Positions 53,907-64,000 of a stretch of 64,000 bases of DNA are shown here, piece by piece (position 1 is the stretch's first letter; each line of letters begins with the position of its first letter). The notes beneath the pieces were generated by a model that saw only the letters and a list, made by a program, of their open reading frames with translations, had not been told where the DNA came from and searched no databases. The DNA lies in assembly GCF_009914755.1 (NCBI RefSeq), contig NC_060932.1, one strand, 5' to 3'. The position numbers were made by a program, and so were the translations under genes. This stretch comes from the human T2T-CHM13v2.0 reference genome, Homo sapiens.

Positions 53907-56900
53907 AGATAGAAGTAATCTCAGAAACATGTTTATGCTGTATCTACTCAACTAACTGTGCTGAACATTTCTATTGATAGAGCAGTTTTGAGACACTCTT
54001 CTTTTGGAATCTGCAAGTGGATATTTGGATAGATTTGAGGATTTCGTTGGAAACGGGATTATATATCAAAAGTAGACAGCAGCATTCTCAGAAACTTCTT
54101 TGTGATGTTTGCATCCAGCTCTCAGAGTTGAACATTCCCTTTCATAGAGTAGGTTTGAAACCCTCTTTTTATAGTGTCTGGAAGCGGGCATTTGGAGCGC
54201 TTTCAGGCCTATGCTTAAAATAGGAAATATCTACCTACAGAAACTAGACAGAAGCATTCTGAGAATCACGTTTGTGATGTGGGTACTCAACTAACAGTGT
54301 TGATCCATTCTTTTGATACAGCAGTTTTGAACCACACTTTTTGTAGAATCTGCAAGAGGATATTTGGATAGCTGTGAGGATTTCGTTGGAAACGGGAATG
54401 TCTTCAAAGAAAATCTAGACAGAAGCATTCTCAGAAACACCTTCGTGATGTTTGCAATCAAGTCACAGAGTTGAACCTTCCGTTTCATAGAGCAGGTTGG
54501 AAACACTCTTATTGTAGTATCTGGAAGTGGACATTTGGAGCGCTTTCAGGCCTATGGTGAAAAAGGAAATATCTTCCCATAAAAACGACATAGAAGCTAT
54601 CTCAGGAACTTGTTTATGATGCATCTAATCAACTAACAGTGTTGAACCTTTCTACTGACAGAGCAGTTTGAAACACTCTTTTTTTGGAATCTGCAAGTGG
54701 ATATTTGGATCGCTTTGAGGATTTCGTTGGAAACGGGATGCAATATAAAACGTACACAGCAGCATACTCAGAAAATACTTTGCCATATTTCCATTCAAGT
54801 CACAGAGTGGAACATTCCCATTCATAGAGCAGGTTGGAAACACTCTTTTTGGAGTATCTGGAAGTGGACATTTGGAGCGCTTTCTGAACTATGGTGAAAA
54901 AGGAAATATCTTCCAATGAAAACAAGACAGAAGCATTCTGAGAAACTTATTTGTGATGTGTGTCCTCAACAAACGGACTTGAACCTTTCGTTTCATGCAG
55001 TACTTCTGGAACACTCTTTTTGAAGATTCTGCATGCGGATATTTGGATAGCTTTGAGGATTTCGTTGGAAACGGTCTTACATGTAAAAATTAGACAGCAG
55101 CATTCTCAGAAACTTCTTTGTGGTGTCTGCATTCAAGTCACAGAATTGAACTTCCCCTCACATAGAGCAGTTGTGCAGCACTCTATTTGTAGTATCTGGA
55201 AGTGGACATTTGGAGGGCTTTGTAGCCTATCTGGAAAAAGGAAATATCTTCCCATGAATGCGAGATAGAAGTAATCTGAGAAACATGTTTATGCTGTATC
55301 TACTCAACTAACTGTGCTGAACATTTCTATTGATAGAGCAGTTTTGAGACACTCTTCTTTTGGAATCTGCAAGTGGATATTTGGATAGATTTGAGGATTT
55401 CGTTGGAAACGGGATTATATATAAAAAGTAGACAGCAGCATTCTCAGAAACTTCTTTGTGATGTTTGCATCCAGCTCTCAGAGTTGAACATTCCCTTTCA
55501 TAGAGTAGGTTTGAAACCCTCTTTTTATAGTGTCTGGAAGCGGGCATTTGGAGCGCTTTCAGGCCTATGCTTAAAATAGGAAATATCTACCTACAGAAAC
55601 TAGACAGAAGCATTCTGAGAATCACGTTTGTGATGTGGGTACTCAACTAACAGTGTTGATCTATTCTTTTGATACAGCAGTTTTGAACCACACTTTTTGT
55701 AGAATCTGCAAGAGGATATTTGGATAGCTGTGAGGATTTCGTTGGAAACGGGAATGTCTTCAAAGAAAATCTAGACAGAAGCATTCTCAGAAATACCTTC
55801 GTGATGTTTGCAATCAAGTCACAGAGTTGAACCTTCCGTTTCATAGAGCAGGTTGGAAACACTCTTATTGTAGTATCTGGAAGTGGACATTTGGAGCGCT
55901 TTCAGGCCTATGGTGAAAAAGGAAATATCTTCCCATAAAAACGATATAGAAGCTATCTCAGGAACTTGTTTATGATGCATCTAATCAACTAACAGTGTTG
56001 AACCTTTGTACTGACAGAGCAGTTTGAAACACTCTTTTTTTGGAATCTGCAAGTGGATATTTGGATCGCTTTGAGGATTTCGTTGGAAACGGGATGCAAT
56101 ATAAAACGTACACAGCAGCATACTCAGAAAATACTTTGCCATATTTCCATTCAAGTCACAGAGTGGAACATTCCCATTCATAGAGCAGGTTGGAAACACT
56201 CTTTTTGGAGTATCTGGAAGTGGACATTTGGAGCGCTTTCTGAACTATGGTGAAAAAGGAAATATCTTCCAATGAAAACAAGACAGAAGCATTCTGAGAA
56301 ACTTATTTGTGATGTGTGTCCTCAACAAACGGACTTGAACCTTTCGTTTCATGCAGTACTTCTGGAACACTCTTTTTGAAGATTCTGCATGCGGATATTT
56401 GGATAGCTTTGAGGATTTCGTTGGAAACGGGCTTACATGTAAAAATTAGACAGCAGCATTCTCAGAAACTTCTTTGTGGTGTCTGCATTCAAGTCACAGA
56501 ATTGAACTTCCCCTCACATAGAGCAGTTGTGCAGCACTCTATTTGTAGTATCTGGAAGTGGACATTTGGAGGGCTTTGTAGCCTATCTGGAAAAAGGAAA
56601 TATCTTCCCATGAATGCGAGATAGAAGTAATCTCAGAAACATGTTTATGCTGTATCTACTCAACTAACTGTGCTGAACATTTCTATTGATAGAGCAGTTT
56701 TGAGACACTCTTCTTTTGGAATCTGCAAGTGGATATTTGGATAGATTTGAGGATTTCGTTGGAAACGGGATTATATATCAAAAGTAGACAGCAGCATTCT
56801 CAGAAACTTCTTTGTGATGTTTGCATCCAGCTCTCAGAGTTGAACATTCCCTTTCATAGAGTAGGTTTGAAACCCTCTTTTTATAGTGTCTGGAAGCGGG

Positions 56901-59900
56901 CATTTGGAGCGCTTTCAGGCCTATGCTTAAAATAGGAAATATCTACCTACAGAAACTAGACAGAAGCATTCTGAGAATCACGTTTGTGATGTGGGTACTC
57001 AACTAACAGTGTTGATCCATTCTTTTGATACAGCAGTTTTGAACCACACTTTTTGTAGAATCTGCAAGAGGATATTTGGATAGCTGTGAGGATTTCGTTG
57101 GAAACGGGAATGTCTTCAAAGAAAATCTAGACAGAAGCATTCTCAGAAACACCTTCGTGATGTTTGCAATCAAGTCACAGAGTTGAACCTTCCGTTTCAT
57201 AGAGCAGGTTGGAAACACTCTTATTGTAGTATCTGGAAGTGGACATTTGGAGCGCTTTCAGGCCTATGGTGAAAAAGGAAATATCTTCCCATAAAAACGA
57301 CATAGAAGCTATCTCAGGAACTTGTTTATGATGCATCTAATCAACTAACAGTGTTGAACCTTTGTACTAACAGAGCAGTTTGAAACACTCTTTTTTTGGA
57401 ATCTGCAAGTGGATATTTGGATCGCTTTGAGGATTTCGTTGGAAACGGGATGCAATATAAAACGTACACAGCAGCATACTCAGAAAATACTTTGCCATAT
57501 TTCCATTCAAGTCACAGAGTGGAACATTCCCATTCATAGAGCAGGTTGAAAACACTCTTTTTGGAGTATCTGGAAGTGGACATTTGGAGCGCTTTCTGAA
57601 CTATGGTGAAAAAGGAAATATCTTCCAATGAAAACAAGACAGAAGCATTCTGAGAAACTTATTTGTGATGTGTGTCCTCAACAAACGGACTTGAAACTTT
57701 CGTTTCATGCAGTACTTCTGGAACACTCTTTTTGAAGATTCTGCATGCGGATATTTGGATAGCTTTGAGGATTTCGTTGGAAACGGTCTTACATGTAAAA
57801 ATTAGACAACAGCATTCTCAGAAACTTCTTTGTGGTGTCTGCATTCAAGTCACAGAATTGAACTTCCCCTCACATAGAGCAGTTGTGCAGCACTCTATTT
57901 GTAGTATCTGGAAGTGGACATTTGGAGGGCTTTGTAGCCTATCTGGAAAAAGGAATTATCTTCCCATGAATGCGAGATAGAAGTAATCTGAGAAACATGT
58001 TTATGCTGTATCTACTCAACTAACTGTGCTGAACATTTCTATTGATAGAGCAGTTTTGAGACACTCTTCTTTTGGAATCTGCAAGTGGATATTTGGATAG
58101 ATTTGAGGATTTCGTTGGAAACGGGATTATATATAAAAAGTAGACAGCAGCATTCTCAGAAACTTCTTTGTGATGTTTGCATCCAGCTCTCAGAGTTGAA
58201 CATTCCCTTTCATAGAGTAGGTTTGAAACCCTCTTTTTATAGTGTCTGGAAGCGGGCATTTGGAGCGCTTTCAGGCCTATGCTGAAAAAGGAAATATCTA
58301 CCTATAGAAACTAGACAGAAGCATTCTGAGAATCACGTTTGTGATGTGGGTACTCAACTAACAGTGTTGATCCATTCTTTTGATACAGCAGTTTTGAACC
58401 ACACTTTTTGTAGAATCTGCAAGTGGATATTTGGATAGCTGTGAGGATTTCGTTGGAAACGGGAATGTCTTCATAGAAAATTTAGACAGAAGCATTCTCA
58501 GAACCTTGATTGTGATGTGTGTTCTCCACTAACAGAGTTGAACCTTTCTTTTGACAGAACTGTTCTGAAACATTCTTTTTATAGAATCTGGAAGTGGATA
58601 TTTGGAAAGCTTTGAGGATTTCGTTGGAAACGGGAATATCTTCAAATCAAATCTAGCCAGAAGCATTCTAAGAAACATCTTAGGGATGTTTACATTCAAG
58701 TCACAGAGTTGAACATTCCCTTTCACAGAGCAGGTTTGAAACAATCTTCTCGTACTATCTGGCAGTGGACATTTTGAGCTCCTTGGGGCCTATGCTGAAA
58801 AAGGAAATATCTTCCGACAAAAACTAGACAGAAGCATTCGCAGAATCACGTTTGTGATGTGTGCACTCAACTGTCAGAATTGAACCTTGGTTTGGACAGA
58901 GCACTTTTGAAACACTCTTTTTGTAGAATCTGCAGGTGGATATTTGGCTAGCTTTGAGGATTTCGTTGGAAACGGTAATGTCTTCAAAGAAAATCTAGAC
59001 AGAAGCATTCTCAGAAACACCTTCGTGATGTTTGCAATCAAGTCACAGAGTTGAACCTTCCGTTTCATAGAGCAGGTTGGAAACACTCTTTTTGTAGTAT
59101 CTGGAAGTGGACATTTGGAGGGCTTTGTAGCCTATCTGGAAAAAGGAAATATCTTCCCATGAATGCGAGATAGAAGTAATCTCAGAAACATGTTTATGCT
59201 GTATCTACTCAACTAACTGTGCTGAACATTTCTATTGATAGAGCAGTTTTGAGACACTCTTCTTTTGGAATCTGCAAGTGGATATTTGGAGAGATTTGAG
59301 GATTTCGTTGGAAACGGGATTATATATAAAAAGTAGACAGCAGCATTCTCAGAAACTTCTTTGTGATGTTTGCATCCAGCTCTCAGAGTTGAACATTCCC
59401 TTTCATAGAGTAGGTTTGAAACCCTCTTTTTATAGTGTCTGGAAGCGGGCATTTGGAGCGCTTTCAGACCTATGCTTAAAATAGGAAATATCTACCTACA
59501 GAAACTAGACAGAAGCATTCTGAGAATCTCGTTTGTGATGTGGGTACTCAACTAACAGTGTTGATCCATTCTTTTGATACAGCAGTTTTGAACCACACTT
59601 TTTGTAGAATCTGCAAGAGGATATTTGGATAGCTGTGAGGATTTCGTTGGAAACGGGAATGTCTTCAAAGAAAATCTAGACAGAAACATTCTCAGAAACA
59701 CCTTCGTGATGTTTGCAATCAAGTCACAGAGTTGAACCTTCCGTTTCATAGAGCAGGTTGGAAACACTCTTATTGTAGTATCTGGAAGTGGACATTTGGA
59801 GCGCTTTCAGGCCTATGGTGAAAAAGGAAATATCTTCCCATAAAAACAACATAGAAGCTATCTCAGGAACTTGTTTATGAGGCATCTAATCAACTAACAG

Positions 59901-62900
59901 TGTTGAACCTTTGTACTGACAGAGCAGTTTGAAACACTCTTTTTTTGGAATCTGCAAGTGGATATTTGGATCCCTTTGAGGATTTCGTTGGAAACGGGAT
60001 GCAATATAAAACGTACACAGCAGCATACTCAGAAAATTCTTTGCCATATTTCCATTCAAGTCACAGAGTGGAACATTCCCATTCATAGAGCAGGTTGGAA
60101 ACACTCTTTTTGGAGTATCTGGAAGTGGACATTTGGAGCGCTTTCTGAACTATGGTGAAAAAGGAAATATCTTCCAATGAAAACAAGACAGAAGCATTCT
60201 GAGAAACTTATTTGTGATGTGTGTCCTCAACAAACGGACTTGAACCTTTCGTTTCATGCAGTACTTCTGGAACACTCTTTTTGAAGATTCTGCATGCGGA
60301 TATTTGGATAGCTTTGAGGATTTCGTTGGAAACGGGCTTACATGTAAAAATTAGACAGCAGCATTCTCAGAAACTTCTTTGTGGTGTCTGCATTCAAGTC
60401 ACAGAATTGAACTTCCCCTCCCATAGAGCAGTTGTGCAGCACTCTATTTGTAGTATCTGGAAGTGGACATTTGGAGGGCTTTGTAGCCTATCTGGAAAAA
60501 GGAAATATCTTCCCATGAATGCGAGATAGAAGTAATCTCAGAAACATGTTTATGCTGTATCTACTCAACTAACTGTGCTGAACATTTCTATTGATAGAGC
60601 AGTTTTGAGACACTCTTCTTTTGGAATCTGCAAGTGGATATTTGGATAGATTTGAGGATTTCGTTGGAAACGGGATTATATATAAAAAGTAGACAGCAGC
60701 ATTCTCAGAAACTTCTTTGTGATGTTTGCATCCAGCTCTCAGAGTTGAACATTCCCTTTCATAGAGTAGGTTTGAAACCCTCTTTTTATAGTGTCTGGAA
60801 GCGGGCATTTGGAGCGCTTTCAGGCCTATGCTTAAAATAGGAAATATCTACCTACAGAAACTAGACAGAAGCATTCTGAGAATCACGTTTGTGATGTGGG
60901 TACTCAACTAACAGTGTTGATCCATTCTTTTGATACAGCAGTTTTGAACCACACTTTTTGTAGAATCTGCAAGAGGATATTTGGATAGCTGTGAGGATTT
61001 CGTTGGAAACGGGGATGTCTTCAAAGAAAATCTAGACAGAAGCATTCTCAGAAACACCTTCGTGATGTTTGCAATCAAGTCACAGAGTTGAACCTTCCGT
61101 TTCATAGAGCAGGTTGGAAACACTCTTATTGTAGTATCTGGAAGTGGACATTTGGAGCGCTTTCAGGCCTATGGTGAAAAAGGAAATATATTCCCATAAA
61201 AACGACATAGAAGCTATCTCAGGAACTTGTTTATGATGCATCTAATCAACTAACAGTGTTGAACCTTTGTACTGACAGAGCAGTTTGAAACACTCTTTTT
61301 TTGGAATCTGCAAGTGGATATTTGGATCGCTTTGAGGATTTCGTTGGAAACGGGATGCAATATAAAACGTACACAGCAGCATACTCAGAAAATACTTTGC
61401 CATATTTCCATTCAAGTCACAGAGTGGAACATTCCCATTCATAGAGCAGGTTGGAAACACTCTTTTTGGAGTATCTGGAAGTGGACATTTGGAGCGCTTT
61501 CTGAACTATGGTGAAAAAGGAAATATCTTCCAATGAAAACAAGACAGAAGCATTCTGAGAAACTTATTTGTGATGTGTGTCCTCAACAAACGGACTTGAA
61601 CCTTTCGTTTCATGCAGTACTTCTGGAACACTCTTTTTGAAGATTCTGCATGCGGATATTTGGATAGCTTTGAGGATTTCGTTGGAAACGGGCTTACATG
61701 TAAAAATTAGACAGCAGCATTCTCAGAAACTTCTTTGTGGTGTCTGCATTCAAGTCACAGAATTGAACTTCCCCTCACATAGAGCAGTTGTGCAGCACTC
61801 TATTTGTAGTATCTCGAAGTGGACATTTGGAGGGCTTTGTAGCCTATCTAGAAAAAGGAAATATCTTCCCATGAATGCGAGATAGAAGTAATCTCAGAAA
61901 CATGTTTATGCTGTATCTACTCAACTAACTGTGCTGAACATTTCTATTGATAGAGCAGTTTTGAGACACTCTTCTTTTGGAATCTGCAAGTGGATATTTG
62001 GATAGATTTGAGGATTTCGTTGGAAACGGGATTATATATCAAAAGGAGACAGCAGCATTCTCAGAAACTTCTTTGTGATGTTTGCATCCAGCTCTCAGAG
62101 TTGAACATTCCCTTTCATAGAGTAGGTTTGAAACCCTCTTTTTATAGTGTCTGGAAGCGGGCATTTGGAGCGCTTTCAGGCCTATGCTGAAAAAGGAAAT
62201 ATCTACCTATAGAAACTAGACAGAAGCATTCTGAGAATCACGTTTGTGATGTGGGTACTCAACTAACAGTGTTGATCCATTCTTTTGATACAGCAGTTTT
62301 GAACCACCCTTTTTGTAGAATCTGCAAGTGGATATTTGGATAGCTGTGAGGATTTCGTTGGAAACGGGAATGTCTTCATAGAAAATTTAGACAGAAGCAT
62401 TCTCAGAACCTTGATTGTGATGTGTGTTCTCCACTAACAGAGTTGAACCTTTCTTTTGACAGAACTGTTCTGAAACATTCTTTTTATAGAATCTGGAAGT
62501 GGATATTTGGAAAGCTTTGAGGATTTCGTTGGAAACGGGAATATCTTCAAATCAAATCTAGCCAGAAGCATTCTAAGAAACATCTTAGGGATGTTTACAT
62601 TCAAGTCACAGAGTTGAACATTCCCTTTCACAGAGCAGGTTTGAAACAATCTTCTCGTACTATCTGGCAGTGGACATTTTGAGCTCCTTGGGGCCTATGC
62701 TGAAAAAGGAAATATCTTCCGACAAAAACTAGACAGAAGCATTCGCAGAATCACGTTTGTGATGTGTGCACTCAACTGTCAGAATTGAACCTTGGTTTGG
62801 ACAGAGCACTTTTGAAACACTCTTTTTGTAGAATCTGCAGGTGGATATTTGGCTAGCTTTGAGGATTTCGTTGGAAACGGTAATGTCTTCAAAGAAAATC

Positions 62901-64000
62901 TAGACAGAAGCATTCTCAGAAACACCTTCGTGATGTTTGCAATCAAGTCACAGAGTTGAACCTTCCGTTTCATAGAGCAGGTTGGAAACACTCTTTTTGT
63001 AGTATCTGGAAGTGGACATTTGGAGGGCTTTGTAGCCTATGTGGAAAAAGGAAATATCTTCCCATGAATGCGAGATAGAAGTAATCTCAGAAACATGTTT
63101 ATGCTGTATCTACTCAACTAACTGTGCTGAACATTTCTATTGATAGAGCAGTTTTGAGACACTCTTCTTTTGGAATCTGCAAGTGGATATTTGGATAGAT
63201 TTGAGGATTTCGTTGGAAACGGGATTATATATAAAAAGGAGACAGCAGCATTCTCAGAAACTTCTTTGTGATGTTTGCATCCAGCTCTCAGAGTTGAACA
63301 TTCCCTTTCATAGAGTAGGTTTGAAACCCTCTTTTTATAGTGTCTGGAAGCGGGCATTTGGAGCGCTTTCAGGCCTATGCTTAAAATAGGAAATATCTAC
63401 CTACAGAAACTAGACAGAAGCATTCTGAGAATCACGTTTGTGATGTGGGTACTCAACTAACAGTGTTGATCCATTCTTTTGATACAGCAGTTTTGAACCA
63501 CACTTTTTGTAGAATCTGCAAGAGGATATTTGGATAGCTGTGAGGATTTCGTTGGAAACGGGAATGTCTTCAAAGAAAATCTAGACAGAAGCATTCTCAG
63601 AAACACCTTCGTGATGTTTGCAATCAAGTCACAGAGTTGAACCTTCCGTTTCATAGAGCAGGTTGGAAACACTCTTATTGTAGTATCTGGAAGTGGACAT
63701 TTGGAGCGCTTTCAGGCCTATGGTGAAAAAGGAAATATCTTCCCATAAAAACGACATAGAAGCTATCTCAGGAACTTGTTTATGATGCATCTAATCAACT
63801 AACAGTGTTGAACCTTTGTACTGACAGAGCAGTTTGAAACACTCTTTTTTTGGAATCTGCAAGTGGATATTTGGATCGCTTTGAGGATTTCGTTGGAAAC
63901 GGGATGCAATATAAAACGTACACAGCAGCATACTCAGAAAATACTTTGCCATATTTCCATTCAAGTCACAGAGTGGAACATTCCCATTCATAGAGCAGGT
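53907..64000 (+). repeat. Second 8-mer-rich block: 8,8,8,7,8,8,7,8(partial)
   Basis: Unit starts 53907, 55263, 56619, 57975, 59168, 60524, 61880 and 63073, from anchor spacings of 1356/1193. Confidence 0.93.

Larger units (their letters stand above)
1..64000 (+). repeat. Centromeric alpha-satellite higher-order repeat array (SF2-like, most likely human chr8 D8Z2)
   Basis: Tandem ~171-bp monomers with alphoid motifs (CATTCTCAGAAAC, GAGTTGAAC, TTTGAAACACTCTTTTTGTAG, GTGGATATTTGG) and CENP-B boxes TTTCGTTGGAAACGGGA. Near-identical HOR copies span the window. Alpha-satellite identity is essentially certain. The chr8 assignment (~0.8) rests on the 4/7/8-mer units, 2549-bp and 3905-bp composites and the implied 1868-bp 11-mer. 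Confidence 0.99.

Noticed and set aside
184-63902. Regularly spaced conserved GAGGATTTCGTTGGAAACGG motif resembling a CRISPR repeat
   Set aside because: It is the CENP-B box region. The intervening sequence is itself repeated satellite of 150-320 bp, not unique spacers, and there are no cas genes.
94-63991. Hundreds of short repeated ORFs (62-106 aa) on both strands
   Set aside because: These are chance translations of alpha satellite. They recur with the HOR period, overlap on both strands, often start at non-ATG codons, resemble no protein family I recognise, and are freely broken by SNVs and frameshifts (e.g. 29141, 34400).
1-64000. Transposon insertion, inversion or non-satellite island
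   Set aside because: All anchor spacings are accounted for by 1354-1356, 1193 or 681 bp, all CENP-B boxes are on the same strand, and I saw no poly-A tail, Alu, L1 or unique sequence.
1-64000. Claim that this window is the kinetochore site (CENP-A domain / hypomethylated dip)
   Set aside because: High homogeneity and mixed HOR variants are compatible with it, but this is an epigenetic property that requires methylation or CENP-A data.

Overview
The whole 64-kb window is one uninterrupted, single-orientation human-type centromeric alpha-satellite array (~171-bp monomers, alternating A/B types, dense CENP-B boxes). I found no credible genes, RNA genes, transposons, inversions or CRISPR arrays. 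The ORF track is an artefact of the repeat and is useful only as a ruler. The array is built from three higher-order repeat (HOR) units: an 8-mer (1356 bp), a 7-mer (1193 bp) and a 4-mer (681 bp). Their order is (8-7)x11, 8,8,7,8,8,8,7,8,7,4,8,7,8,7,8,7,8,7,4,8,7,8,8,8,7,8,8,7,8(partial). Monomer comparison shows all three are deletion or recombination derivatives of a 1868-bp 11-mer (2549-681) that never occurs intact here. This set of sizes best fits the chromosome 8 active array D8Z2 (suprachromosomal family 2); the assignment comes from recalled HOR sizes, not a database search. I found no new gene-encoded biological system. The notable signal is the array's internal history: hybrid monomers with mappable breakpoints, SNV-defined super-periods (7647, 5779, 10877 bp), dispersed haplotype copies 21.9, 31.1 and 42.6 kb apart, a more diverged 8-8-8 island and recurrent CENP-B box loss. 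Unit boundaries use an arbitrary phase (AGATAGAAGTAATC). Variants were read by eye and may be incomplete or off by a base.
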